Source: Candidatus Aenigmatarchaeota archaeon (GTDB lineage: Archaea; Aenigmatarchaeota; Aenigmatarchaeia; CG10238-14; SCSR01). From it: 64,000 nt of DNA. Location of the stretch: assembly GCA_039090665.1 (NCBI GenBank), contig JAWCSL010000001.1, positions 1-64,000 on the forward strand, written 5' to 3'. Positions 19,880 to 30,243 of this stretch are shown here, one piece after another. Within the stretch, counting starts at the first letter, position 1, and every line of letters starts with the position of its first letter. The notes beneath the pieces were generated by a model. It had not been told where the DNA came from. It saw nothing but the letters and a program-made list of their open reading frames with translations, and made no database searches. The position numbers were made by a program, and so were the translations under genes.

Positions 19880-20803
19880 ATGAACATAGACGTGTTTGAA
19901 ATTATAGAAGGAAGCTTACTTGGAGACGGAAGCATAAATATTGATAATTATAAATATGGAAGATATTTTTGCTATAAACTAACAGCCAAAGATAGAAAGT
20001 TTGTAGAATGGGTTAAATTAATTTTCCAAAAATTTGGAATTACCAATTGTTGGATAACATGTGATAACAAAATTTTAAATACAAGCTCATTGTACTTCTA
20101 TATTAACAATTCTCCATATTCTGAAAAACTAATTTCTTTCAGAGAAAAATGGTATAAAAAGATTAACGATAAAACAATTAAAATCATTCCAAGAGACTTG
20201 AAATTGACCCCAACAACTTTACTTTTTTGGTATTTAGGAGATGGAAGTCTAATTAGGAGAAAAAGCGACAAAAATAGAGTTCCATTCATAGTCCTAGCAA
20301 CTAATTCATTTTCAAAAGAAGATGTTGAACTCTTAATCAAAAAATTAAAACAACTGAATCTCAATTTCTATCCAGTTAGATGCAAAAGTGGTTTTACTGG
20401 TAAAGAATGTGGTTATTGTTTATACCCCAATACACAAGATGGTACACCTTTTAGATTTTTCAAATTGATTGGCTTTGAATGTCCAAAAGAAATTGCAAAT
20501 TGTTCAACAGGAAGAAAAGGAAGATATGGAAAAGAAAAATTTTTTAAAGACAAGTGGCCAGCTGAGGAAGATTGGATAAAAATTTTATCGAATGTAAAAG
20601 AAATAGGACCAATCTTAAGGAGAAGAAGATTAAAGCTTGGTTTATCTCAAAATCAATTGGCTAAGAAAATTGGAATTAGAAGGGAAAATATAAGAGATGT
20701 AGAGTTAAGCAAAAGATGCTTTAGTGTCAAAAATTTCATAAAAGTTTTAAAATCTTTAAATTTAAGTGTAGTTGAATTACTTAAAGGATTAAATACAATT
20801 TAA
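19880..20803 (+). CDS. free-standing LAGLIDADG endonuclease-like protein with C-terminal XRE HTH
   Basis: IIEGSLLGDGSI and LLFWYLGDGSL motifs; C-terminal LRRRRLKLGLSQNQLAKKIGIRRENIRDVE. Confidence 0.8.
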   Translation: MNIDVFEIIEGSLLGDGSINIDNYKYGRYFCYKLTAKDRKFVEWVKLIFQKFGITNCWITCDNKILNTSSLYFYINNSPYSEKLISFREKWYKKINDKTIKIIPRDLKLTPTTLLFWYLGDGSLIRRKSDKNRVPFIVLATNSFSKEDVELLIKKLKQLNLNFYPVRCKSGFTGKECGYCLYPNTQDGTPFRFFKLIGFECPKEIANCSTGRKGRYGKEKFFKDKWPAEEDWIKILSNVKEIGPILRRRRLKLGLSQNQLAKKIGIRRENIRDVELSKRCFSVKNFIKVLKSLNLSVVELLKGLNTI

Positions 20804-22002
20804 TATTGCAACCTGAATTGAATAAAAACAAAAATCACAATAGCAGCCACTTGCACAAAAACAACAAAAGCTACTAGCCAGCAAAAAACATGCTCATATA
20901 AAAACCCAACAATTGAGCTACCTAAAAAAGCTGAAAATCCATAAGCAGCGTTGAAAATTCCGTAAGCAGTTCCTCTCTTGTTACCAGGAGTTATATCGGC
21001 TATAACAGCCCTCATTACAGTTTCATGAGCCCCTAAAACTGCCCCCCATGTTAACACTCCAATTAAAACTGAATAAAAATTTGGCAAAAACACAAGCAAA
21101 GGAATTGCTAAGCTCAATAAAGGAATTGTTGCCAACATCAACAAACCAGCCTTTTTGTCCCCCCTTTTAGTTTTCAAAACATCATACATTTTCCCAACAA
21201 ACAAAGCAAAAAATGCATCGACAATCATAGCTCCTGCATAAAACAATGGTATTTGTGAATCTGGAAGAATGTTAGCAACCTTAAAATGATAGCCTAAAAA
21301 CACAAAGTTTAGGAAGCCCAAAGTCGTTAAGAAAGTAAAAAGCAAATAATACCAGAAAATGGCAGGAAGTTTACCTTTCTCTTTTCTTGTCTTCTTCTCA
21401 AATTTTTGATTTCTATTCAAAAAGTAAGCTGCAAACAAGAAAACCATGAGAAAAATGAAAGGTAGCCAAAGCACAGAATAGGCATGCTGGTATTCTGCAG
21501 TAGTTTTTGAACTAACGCTTAAACCAAGAATGAATGCAATCAAAACTGGTCCTAAAAGAGCTCCTATTTGATCAAGAAATTCGTGAACAGCAAATCCCCA
21601 ACCCGTGCCAACTTTCTTTGCAGCTTGAGACATCAAAGTATCTCTTGCAGGATTTCTTATGGCCTTGCCTATTCTTTCAACGATAATTAAAAGCGTTGCT
21701 AACTGCCAAAATTTCGATAAAGCTAAGAGTGGCACGCTTGCAAGTAGAGCATAGCCTAAAATCGTGAAAAGCCAATAGGCTTTTGTTTTATCAGAAAAGT
21801 ATCCTGAAAGCAGCCTTAAACCATAACCAAAAAATTCCCCCAAGCCAGCTATCAAACCAACAATAAAAGCACTTGCCCCAAGCATTTGCAAATATTGGCC
21901 GTTAATGCTTCTTGCAGCCTCATAAATCATGTCTCCAAAAAAACTAACAATTCCAAATAGAATTATAAGCTTCAACGCTTTTAACTTCAAGCTTTTAGAC
22001 AT
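20800..22002 (-). CDS. MFS transporter
   Basis: ~12 hydrophobic segments; GYFSDKT, ERIGKAIRNPARD. Confidence 0.9.
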   Translation of the reverse strand: MSKSLKLKALKLIILFGIVSFFGDMIYEAARSINGQYLQMLGASAFIVGLIAGLGEFFGYGLRLLSGYFSDKTKAYWLFTILGYALLASVPLLALSKFWQLATLLIIVERIGKAIRNPARDTLMSQAAKKVGTGWGFAVHEFLDQIGALLGPVLIAFILGLSVSSKTTAEYQHAYSVLWLPFIFLMVFLFAAYFLNRNQKFEKKTRKEKGKLPAIFWYYLLFTFLTTLGFLNFVFLGYHFKVANILPDSQIPLFYAGAMIVDAFFALFVGKMYDVLKTKRGDKKAGLLMLATIPLLSLAIPLLVFLPNFYSVLIGVLTWGAVLGAHETVMRAVIADITPGNKRGTAYGIFNAAYGFSAFLGSSIVGFLYEHVFCWLVAFVVFVQVAAIVIFVFIQFRLQY

Positions 22003-22070
22003 TGGCTCTTATGTTAAATTATTCTCTTTTATCATTTTAATAAAAAACTTCAAATAATTTATTGAAGAAG

Positions 22071-23447
22071 ATGGCAAAGCTCAATGAGAACATTTTCAGG
22101 CCAAATGACATTAGAGGCATTTACGGTAAAGACCTTACAGAAGAAATAGCAGAAAAAATCGGCAAAGCTTTCGGAACTATGTTAGGAGAAAGAAAGAGAG
22201 TTGTTGTTGGAAGAGATGTAAGGCTGAGCAGCAAAAGCTTGAGAGATTCTTTGGTCAAAGGTCTGGTTTCTACTGGTTGCAATGTTGTGGATATAGGTGT
22301 AGTAACCACACCTGCTTTCTATTTTGCTCTCTATTTTCACAAATTTGATGGTGGTATAATGATAACAGCTTCTCATAACCCTCCTGAGTGGAACGGCTTT
22401 CACATTTATAAAGGAATGAAATCTTTAATTGCTGAAGAAAAAATCGAAAAATTGAAAAGAATCATAGAAAAAGAAAAATTCAGAGAGGCTAAAGTCAAGG
22501 GAAAAGTCAAGAAGTATGGTAAAATCTTACACGAGTATATGGACTTCCTTTTTTCAAAAGTGAAAATCAAGAGAAAACTTAAAATAGTTGTTGATTGTTC
22601 AAATGGTTGTGCTGCTTTGATTGTACCAAAACTTCTCAAAAAACTTGGTCAAGAAGTTGTTGTACTTAATGATAAAATCGACGGGAATTTTCCTGCTCAT
22701 GGTCCTGGAGTTGAGGAAGAAAACTTAAAAGAATTGATAAGAGAAGTGAAAAGGAGTGAAGCAGATTTTGGTGTTGCTTATGATGGAGATGCTGACAGGG
22801 CTGTTTTCGTTGATGATAAAGGTAGGGTTGTTTTGGGTGACAAAACGGCTTTAGTTATTTTAGAAGAAATATTTAAGAAGAAAAAATCACCGAAAATTTT
22901 GAATGAAGTTAGCTGTTCTTCTGCAGTGGAAGAATACATAAGAAGTAAATCTGCCGTTCTAATAACAAATAAAAGAGGTCATGCTTTCATTCAAGAGAAG
23001 ATGAGGGAGAAAAAGATTGATTTTGGATTCGAAAAAAGCTCTCACTTTTACTTTTCAGAGATCAAAGGTTTTGATGATGCCGCTTTAGCAACTCTGAAAG
23101 TAGCAGAAACTCTCTCAAGAAGTGGAAGAAAATTTTCCCAGATAGTTGATTCTATTGTTTGGTATCCAAGCAAAGAAGAAGCCTTTCCTTGTAAGGATGA
23201 AATTAAGCTTAAAGTTGTGGAAAATATAAAAAAAGAAATTCTCAAGCTTGGTTTGAAGACAAGCGAGCTAGATGGAATAAAAGCTTACACAGATCAAGGT
23301 TGGTTTTTGATAAGAGCTTCGATAACAGAACCTGTGGTAAGAATTACGGCAGAAGCAAAAGATGAAAAAAGCTTGGAAAAAATTTTAAATCTTGCCAGAA
23401 ATCTTTTAAAGAAAGAAATAAATATATGTTCAGCTAAGGTAAAATGA
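22071..23447 (+). CDS. phosphomannomutase/phosphoglucomutase
   Basis: [20 protein letters not shown]. Confidence 0.93.
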   Translation: MAKLNENIFRPNDIRGIYGKDLTEEIAEKIGKAFGTMLGERKRVVVGRDVRLSSKSLRDSLVKGLVSTGCNVVDIGVVTTPAFYFALYFHKFDGGIMITASHNPPEWNGFHIYKGMKSLIAEEKIEKLKRIIEKEKFREAKVKGKVKKYGKILHEYMDFLFSKVKIKRKLKIVVDCSNGCAALIVPKLLKKLGQEVVVLNDKIDGNFPAHGPGVEEENLKELIREVKRSEADFGVAYDGDADRAVFVDDKGRVVLGDKTALVILEEIFKKKKSPKILNEVSCSSAVEEYIRSKSAVLITNKRGHAFIQEKMREKKIDFGFEKSSHFYFSEIKGFDDAALATLKVAETLSRSGRKFSQIVDSIVWYPSKEEAFPCKDEIKLKVVENIKKEILKLGLKTSELDGIKAYTDQGWFLIRASITEPVVRITAEAKDEKSLEKILNLARNLLKKEINICSAKVK

Positions 23448-23457
23448 AGGGAAGCTT

Positions 23458-23652
23458 ATGATAATCCCAGTTCGGTGTTTCACTTGTGGCAAGCCAATTG
23501 GTCACTTGTGGGAAGAATTCAAAAAAAGGAGAGAAGCAGGAGAAGATTGTGGCAAAATCTTGGATGAACTTGGAGTGAAAAGATATTGTTGCAGACAAGT
23601 GTTTTTAGGTACTGTAGAGCTTTTAGGAGAAGTTGATAAGTTCAAACCATAA
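23458..23652 (+). CDS. rpoN: RNA polymerase subunit N (Rpo10)
   Basis: [11 protein letters not shown]...RYCCR. Confidence 0.97.
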   Translation: MIIPVRCFTCGKPIGHLWEEFKKRREAGEDCGKILDELGVKRYCCRQVFLGTVELLGEVDKFKP

Positions 23653-23721
23653 TGTTTTTAACAGTGAAGTGTTAAAAAATATTTACATATAGGTGGTGAA
23701 ACAATTCTAAAAGATGAGAGG

Positions 23722-23979
23722 ATGATATGGCCAGTTGACAGATTGACAAGATTTGAATTCGCAAGAATACTTGGTGCAAGAGCCTTGCAAATTTCTTTAG
23801 GCGCGCCTATCTTGGTGAAGACAGAGGCTACAGAACCTATAGAAATTGCAAAAGCAGAATTCAGGGAGAAAATGGTTCCTATTACGGTAAAAAGGAGGTT
23901 GCCGAGTGGGGATGAAATGGTAATTGACATTAAAAAAGCAATAGAAAATTGGATTGAAGAGCATGGTGGGAAGATCTAA
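23722..23979 (+). CDS. rpoK: RNA polymerase subunit K (Rpo6)
   Basis: LTRFEFARILGARALQI. Confidence 0.96.
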   Translation: MIWPVDRLTRFEFARILGARALQISLGAPILVKTEATEPIEIAKAEFREKMVPITVKRRLPSGDEMVIDIKKAIENWIEEHGGKI

Positions 23980-24062
23980 AAAGTAAGTTTTTGGTTGAAG
24001 TTATAATTTTTTCATTCTAACATTAACCTACTCTTGAAAACCCTTCTTGATTTCAAATCTTT

Positions 24063-26396
24063 CTATTTCATATAGTAGGTCAATCTATTGTTTTTTTCTG
24101 AAATTTCTGTTTTGAAAAATGGTAGCAAAGGCTTTAGCCTTTCTCTTAAATATTCTCCATAAAACCTTCCCTCGATTTTGGTTCCAGAATTCTCTGAAAA
24201 ATCTATCTTTTCACCTTCAATCACATAAAAGTCAATAAAACCTGCCGGATATTTCTGATAAATTTTTCTATATTCCTCGTAGGCCTTTTTAATTATCTCT
24301 AGTTTAAAGATTTTTTTCCTGTATTCTTCTGGCTTCTTGCTTAACTTGCCACTAATTTTGTAATGTTCTCTTGGATATTCCAAGTTTTCTATTTTCTTCA
24401 ATTCCTCTTTAAATGTCAAAAAGGCTTTATTCAAACCATACTTTACAAAATCTTCAATTATTTTTTCTTCAGCTTTTCTCACAACTATTGGATCTGACTT
24501 ACTTGCTCCCCTCCAACCTATTTTTATTATTCTTCCACTTTCTGTAGCCAACGCATGTTTTTTATCCAGGGGAATAAAAACATCTGTATGCTTATTATAG
24601 CCGGCCAATAAAGTCTTGTATTTTTCATTTAAATCTTTTGAAAAATTTCCTTGAATTTCAGAAATGAACATTCTTGACTTAAAAGGCGAAGAATAAATTA
24701 CTTTGCAGCCATCAAATTCTCTATTCAAATTTTTGTAAATTTCAGAAAAAATTTTTAAAAGTTTATCAGAAATATTTTCATCCGTATAAGTTTTTTTTCC
24801 AAAATAAAGACAAGCGCTCACACAGTTTATAGAAAAAGAATATGGATCGAATATAATATTTTTTCCATCTTCGTCCACACCGTAAACTTCTATTTCTTCT
24901 TTAAATTTAATCATTTTTTCGAAAACAGAAGAAATATATGGCCCAAAGAATTCTTGATTTTCTAAGATTACTTTGGGTGCAAAACCAACAAATGGATAAA
25001 CCCACTTTCCTTCTATTCTTTCTCCATAATTTTTTGTGAAAATTTTTTCATACGCTCTTATAATCCTTTCCTTTTCTTTTTTTAAACTAGTGTAAGATTT
25101 AGTTATTTTGGGAAAGATTTTGTTCTGAACAAACTCAGAATTGAGAATAGCTTCACCTATATCTTCCATGACTTTTGAAAAAACGTTTTTAATGTCAATT
25201 GAATACAAAATTGGTAGAGCCAAAAAACCCAAATCAAACAATAAAAATTTACTAAGCTTCAAGTGAGCTTCGGCATCTTGAGAATTGTGAATTATTGTTT
25301 CAACAATTTCTTCTTTAAAATTATGCACATCTAAAGAATCTCTTATTTTATTGTAAATCTCGAAGTTTTTATAATCAGTTTTTTTAAGGGTTTTTTTATC
25401 TCCTAAGAAAAATTCTAACATATCCTCAAGGCTTCTTATTTCTGGATGCAAAAACTTGCAAGTGTAAAGAGAATCTTCAGAAGGAATTATACCTTCAGAT
25501 GTCACAATTTGTATCGTTGGTATAAATCTGTAATAAACTCTAATATCAAACTTATCTGTTGGTCTTTCTTTTATTGATGGAAATGCTTCGCGATCTTTAT
25601 GTTTTTCGAGAATTGAAGAACCATGAATAATTTCTATATCTGCTTTCTTTCTGTATTCATAAATTTTTCTAATCAATGTCTTTTCATCAGGAACTATTTC
25701 GATATCAATTCCATAAGGTTTTAAAACTTTCTTGAAATCATCCAAGAGTTTTTGATTCTCATTTACTACAAGTGTTTTTGAAAAACCGTCACTACTTTTG
25801 ACAGTAGCAATTACTATCTTTCCATTGGAAGTTTCATAATCGACTGTGAATAAAACCAACTCCTTTTCCAATTCTTTAAGTTGTTTAATTACATCTTTCC
25901 TATTTTCTGGAAAATCTTGAGAAAATTTAATTAGCTTTCTATCTTTTCCACATTCCTCATAACATAAGCGTGTTTTTAGATAATAACCAATTTTTTTAGA
26001 AAAAACTTCTTTTTCTAATTTTGAAAGGAAATGTTCTTGTTTTCTTGAATCCGAGACCCTATCTTCTATCCCAATTATTCCTTGAATCGAGTTAAGTTTA
26101 AGTTTCAACTCTTCCATTTCTCTTCTTTTCCCTTCAAAATAAAAAGATATCAGAGAAGCTTTCTTTGGGTTCATCATGTTGTAAATTACATCATCAATAA
26201 CTAGCAAATCCTCAAAATCTCCTAACTTTCTTATTTTTTCCAAAATTTCCTCCTTTTTTTCAGGATCAACAAAAACTCTAATTCTTTTCTTAAATTCTTC
26301 TTTGACCAAAAGAGGTTCTTTGTTTTTGAAATAAAAACAAACTTCATTTTTTCTTATGGCTATGCCTATCGGCCCATAAACATCAATTTCTTTCAT
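24063..26396 (-). CDS. divergent family-B DNA polymerase-like protein, polymerase motifs degenerate
   Basis: ExoI-like VDYET, ExoIII-like HNSQDA, thumb-like KLSKKPEEY; no DxxSLYP or YGDTDS; start taken at MKEIDV. Confidence 0.55.
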   Translation of the reverse strand: MKEIDVYGPIGIAIRKNEVCFYFKNKEPLLVKEEFKKRIRVFVDPEKKEEILEKIRKLGDFEDLLVIDDVIYNMMNPKKASLISFYFEGKRREMEELKLKLNSIQGIIGIEDRVSDSRKQEHFLSKLEKEVFSKKIGYYLKTRLCYEECGKDRKLIKFSQDFPENRKDVIKQLKELEKELVLFTVDYETSNGKIVIATVKSSDGFSKTLVVNENQKLLDDFKKVLKPYGIDIEIVPDEKTLIRKIYEYRKKADIEIIHGSSILEKHKDREAFPSIKERPTDKFDIRVYYRFIPTIQIVTSEGIIPSEDSLYTCKFLHPEIRSLEDMLEFFLGDKKTLKKTDYKNFEIYNKIRDSLDVHNFKEEIVETIIHNSQDAEAHLKLSKFLLFDLGFLALPILYSIDIKNVFSKVMEDIGEAILNSEFVQNKIFPKITKSYTSLKKEKERIIRAYEKIFTKNYGERIEGKWVYPFVGFAPKVILENQEFFGPYISSVFEKMIKFKEEIEVYGVDEDGKNIIFDPYSFSINCVSACLYFGKKTYTDENISDKLLKIFSEIYKNLNREFDGCKVIYSSPFKSRMFISEIQGNFSKDLNEKYKTLLAGYNKHTDVFIPLDKKHALATESGRIIKIGWRGASKSDPIVVRKAEEKIIEDFVKYGLNKAFLTFKEELKKIENLEYPREHYKISGKLSKKPEEYRKKIFKLEIIKKAYEEYRKIYQKYPAGFIDFYVIEGEKIDFSENSGTKIEGRFYGEYLRERLKPLLPFFKTEISEKNNRLTYYMK

Positions 26397-26442
26397 AAAA
26401 TCTACAAAATGACTTAAATATTTAAATTCTATTTGAATTTTT

Positions 26443-28533
26443 ATGCTGAAAATTAGTTTTACTTCGAGCAAAAGAGTGATAAGAAATCTTTTGGAAGTCG
26501 AAGGTCCACGCTTATATTGTCTTGCAGTTGACACTTTCAAAGGAGAATATGATAAAAATCTTGCTTTATCTACGTTGGAATTCTTAGAAAAAGAGTTATA
26601 CTCGAGAAAAGAAAAAGTTGAATTCTTGAGAAATTTGAATGAAGAAATAAAAAAATTTGAACTTAAATCACCAATTGTCTTATACACTGAAAATTCTTAT
26701 CCTTATTCATATTACTTTAGAAGAGAAAAAGAAAGAATAGTTCCAATAAAAAACATAAGAGGTGTTCCACTTGAAAATACAGAATGGATACCCAAGACTT
26801 ATGAAGACTTGAGCTCTAGAATTAATCCTTCTCTAGACATTCTTTACAAAATAATAAACTCTTACAGAAAGGGCAATAAGCCACTGAATTCGATCATGAC
26901 TATAGTCCTAGTTACACCTATAGGTCTAATTCCATTCAGTTGCAAAAATTTTGAACCATTGATAAAAATTCAACCGTTTTCAATTATTGATGTAACTAAT
27001 TACGAGGCTGTAGAAAAATGGAGCAGAAAAATAAGATTAAGATCAGAATTAATGGGTGAAATTCCTCCTAAAGATTCTAATTTAGAGGCCACAGCATTTG
27101 AGTTATATTATAACGGAAAAACCAAACCAATAACCTGGGGAAAAATTGAAAAAATTTGTAGCAAGATTCTACTTCGATATTTTATAAATCAGGCAGAAGA
27201 TTTTATACAAAAAAATACACAACAAACAGCAATTCTATTTTTCACAGGCAAAAAATATTTGAATGAGTTTAGAAGAGTTCTTGAGGAGTACAGACTTTAT
27301 AATCCGAAATTGGACATAACAAAAGAGTTTTTAAAAAAGCATGCTGGAGATAAAGAATATATGTCATGGGGATTAGGCAGTTCAAATTTAATTGGATATT
27401 ATTCTACAGATGTATGTGGTGTGAGAAAATTTTATCCAGGAAAACTAGAAAGAACTATCAGGGATATTGAAGGAATAGAAAGGGGTGAAATTGTTTACAA
27501 TTCTTCATTGCTAGGTACTCCACCAAGAGATAGAAAATTGCTAAGGTTTTTCGAAATTTGGTTTGATGAAGATTTCAACAAAGAAGAAGTTTATGCCAAG
27601 CCTGTGGAATGTAAAAGAGGCAGTATTTTTTTTGATTTCAATGATAAAAATCTTTGCAGTTCTGAAAAATATTTAGAATGGAAAAAAAGACAAAAAGAAG
27701 AAGATGTGCAAGAATTAGAAAGATTCGTAAGAATTACAAATCCTCTGCAGCAATGGACAGGAATTGTCCAATTAATTCAAGAAAAAATAAAAAAAGAAAT
27801 TTATCCTCTTGATTTAAATAGTAAAGTAAGAGAAGATGGATCTTATGATTACTCTTTCAGTAAATTTAACAAAACTCCTCTGGAGAATGCTTTAGAAGAT
27901 TTGGGTTTAACAAGAGAGAAAGAAACGGAAGAAGTGGTAACAGCCTTAGGAATAAAATCCACACTACAAAAACTCGCCAAAATTGGAAAACTAATCCACG
28001 ATGCCAGAAGATTTTGTACGATAAGTAAACAAAACTTAATTAACTCCACAGAAGTACCACTCCTCTTAAGCATTGGAAATTATACCTATGGTGATTTCAA
28101 AATATTTGGGATTGTGGATTTTTTAGGAAGAACAGAAGATGGTAAATGTCATATTTGTGATACAAAATTGGAAGCGTCTTTTTCACCTACTAGAGGTCAA
28201 AGATACCAAGTATTAGCAGCAGGTATGGCAATCGAACAGAATTACAATATACGCTTCGATAGCGGAAGCAATTATTATCATACTAGTGTTTTTAGAGAAG
28301 GCATTCTTTTTACTTATTCCTATTTCCCACAAAAAATTCCGGATATTGTGAATGATATGATAGAACAAGTTTACGACTATCATAGAATCATGGATTGTAT
28401 AAATTCAAACAATCTAAATCGTATACCGGAATACTTTAAAAAATATTTTATGAGCAAAAAGAGGATGGTAAAGACAGAAAGGTTAGAAAATGTGAGAAAA
28501 ATTATAGAAGAGAAACTTTGTGTCCAAGTTTAA
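26443..28533 (+). CDS. large protein with C-terminal PD-(D/E)XK (Cas4/RecB-like) nuclease domain
   Basis: EVPL...GIVDFL...ICDTK...YQVLAA motif spacing. Confidence 0.65.
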   Translation: MLKISFTSSKRVIRNLLEVEGPRLYCLAVDTFKGEYDKNLALSTLEFLEKELYSRKEKVEFLRNLNEEIKKFELKSPIVLYTENSYPYSYYFRREKERIVPIKNIRGVPLENTEWIPKTYEDLSSRINPSLDILYKIINSYRKGNKPLNSIMTIVLVTPIGLIPFSCKNFEPLIKIQPFSIIDVTNYEAVEKWSRKIRLRSELMGEIPPKDSNLEATAFELYYNGKTKPITWGKIEKICSKILLRYFINQAEDFIQKNTQQTAILFFTGKKYLNEFRRVLEEYRLYNPKLDITKEFLKKHAGDKEYMSWGLGSSNLIGYYSTDVCGVRKFYPGKLERTIRDIEGIERGEIVYNSSLLGTPPRDRKLLRFFEIWFDEDFNKEEVYAKPVECKRGSIFFDFNDKNLCSSEKYLEWKKRQKEEDVQELERFVRITNPLQQWTGIVQLIQEKIKKEIYPLDLNSKVREDGSYDYSFSKFNKTPLENALEDLGLTREKETEEVVTALGIKSTLQKLAKIGKLIHDARRFCTISKQNLINSTEVPLLLSIGNYTYGDFKIFGIVDFLGRTEDGKCHICDTKLEASFSPTRGQRYQVLAAGMAIEQNYNIRFDSGSNYYHTSVFREGILFTYSYFPQKIPDIVNDMIEQVYDYHRIMDCINSNNLNRIPEYFKKYFMSKKRMVKTERLENVRKIIEEKLCVQV

Positions 28534-28537
28534 AAAT

Positions 28538-30214
28538 TCACATTTTTTCCAAAGGCTTAATTCCAAGCAATTCAAGAGCTTGACCCAAAACAATTTTTGT
28601 TGCTTTCACTAGAGTGAGCCTGAAATTTCTCTTCTCTTCACTTTCAGCTTTAAGCACAGGATTTGTTTCATAAAACCTGTCAAAAACATTGGCAAGTTCA
28701 TAAACATAATTGCAAATATAATGTGGTTTTAAATCTCTTCCAGCATCTCCCACTACTTTTTCAAATTTCATCAAAGTTTTTATTAACTCTTTTTCACTTT
28801 CACTAAATTCCCTTACTTTGAACTTCAGTTTGAATTTCCCAGCTTTCCTCAATATTCCAGCACACCTTGTGTGAGCATATTGTAAGTAGGGGCCAGTGTC
28901 TCCTTCAAGCTTGAGCATTTGTTCCCAATCAAAAGTTATTGTTTTTTCTGGTTCAATTCTCACAATAGCATATTTCAAAGCCCCAATTCCTATAGCTTCA
29001 GCAATTTCTCTCTTTTCCTTTTCCGAAAACTTTCCTTTTCTTTTTTCAATTTCCATGTAAGCCATTTCTACAAGCTTATTGACAACTTCATCCAGCATCA
29101 CAGCTCTACCTTCTCTAGAAGACATTTTTCCTTCAGGCAAGCGAACAAGATCAAAAGAGAAGTGTTTGCAGTTTTTTACCCACTTATAACCGAGTAATTC
29201 CAAAATCTTGAAGAGCTGTTTGAAGTGCAATGTTTGTTCATTTGAAACAACCCACACATGCTTGTCAAGTTTATACTTTTCAAATCTATGAACAGTCATA
29301 CCTAAATCGCTTGTTATATATAGGCCAGTGCCGTCAGATCTCAACAAAATTGTGTCGGGCAATCCAAATTTTTCTAGTCTTGAAACAACAGCACCATCTT
29401 CTGTTTTTCTCATGATCTCTTTCTTTAAACCTTCTTGAATTATTTTCTTTCCTAGATCTCTGAAATCGCTCTCATAAAAGTAAACATCAAAATTTATCCC
29501 AAGTCTACGATAAGTTTCTTCAAAACCTTTGACACACCAATTCACAATCTCCTTCCATATCTTTTTCAATTTTTTGTCTTTTTCTATTTCAAATTTTCTC
29601 AAGTTTTCCCTTGCTTTTTCTTCTAGGCTTGGATCATTTTTTGCTTCTTCATGGAACTTGACATAAAGATTCCATAACCAAACATCAGGCTTTCCGTTTG
29701 GTTTTTCTCCTTTTGCCCAAGTTAAGTAAGCCGTGACAAGCTTTGCAACTTGAAGACCAACATCATTCATCAAATTAGCTCTTATCACATCATAACCCAA
29801 AAATTCTAGAATTCTTGCAAGCGAATCTCCAAGAAAAGTTCCTCTTGCGTGTCCTATATGCATCGAGTGCACAGGATTGGGTTGTGAAAACTCTATCATT
29901 ACCCTTTCTTTTTTCTTTGCTAACTTCTTCTTCTTCATCACTTTCTTCAAAACAAGCTCGGAAATTTTTTGATAATCAAAAAAGAAATTAAGGTATCCAG
30001 CTTTAGCCTCAACTTTTTCAATAAATGAACCTTTCGGGATTTTTATTCTTTTAGCAAGCTCTTCTGCAATTTCGTTTGGATTTCTCCTTTCTTTCTTAGC
30101 CAAATCAAAACAAGGAAAAGCTATGTCACCAAATTCTTTTACTTTTGGTACCTCAAGTCTTATTTCTTTGATTCCTACTTTTTTCAAAATTCTTTCTATC
30201 TCTTTTTCAATCAT
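28538..30214 (-). CDS. argS: arginine--tRNA ligase
   Basis: SQPNPVHSMHIGH, KMSSREG, GPYLQYAHTR. Confidence 0.97.
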   Translation of the reverse strand: MIEKEIERILKKVGIKEIRLEVPKVKEFGDIAFPCFDLAKKERRNPNEIAEELAKRIKIPKGSFIEKVEAKAGYLNFFFDYQKISELVLKKVMKKKKLAKKKERVMIEFSQPNPVHSMHIGHARGTFLGDSLARILEFLGYDVIRANLMNDVGLQVAKLVTAYLTWAKGEKPNGKPDVWLWNLYVKFHEEAKNDPSLEEKARENLRKFEIEKDKKLKKIWKEIVNWCVKGFEETYRRLGINFDVYFYESDFRDLGKKIIQEGLKKEIMRKTEDGAVVSRLEKFGLPDTILLRSDGTGLYITSDLGMTVHRFEKYKLDKHVWVVSNEQTLHFKQLFKILELLGYKWVKNCKHFSFDLVRLPEGKMSSREGRAVMLDEVVNKLVEMAYMEIEKRKGKFSEKEKREIAEAIGIGALKYAIVRIEPEKTITFDWEQMLKLEGDTGPYLQYAHTRCAGILRKAGKFKLKFKVREFSESEKELIKTLMKFEKVVGDAGRDLKPHYICNYVYELANVFDRFYETNPVLKAESEEKRNFRLTLVKATKIVLGQALELLGIKPLEKM

Positions 30215-30243
30215 ATAATCAAATTGTTCAAACAAAAATAAAA

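Noticed and set aside
26397..26687. 97-aa N-terminal extension of the 874-aa ORF
   Set aside because: Overlaps the opposite-strand gene; ATG 26396 gives a clean divergent arrangement.
24063..28533. Casposon or CRISPR adaptation module
   Set aside because: No cas1, terminal inverted repeats or CRISPR array noticed in the window.
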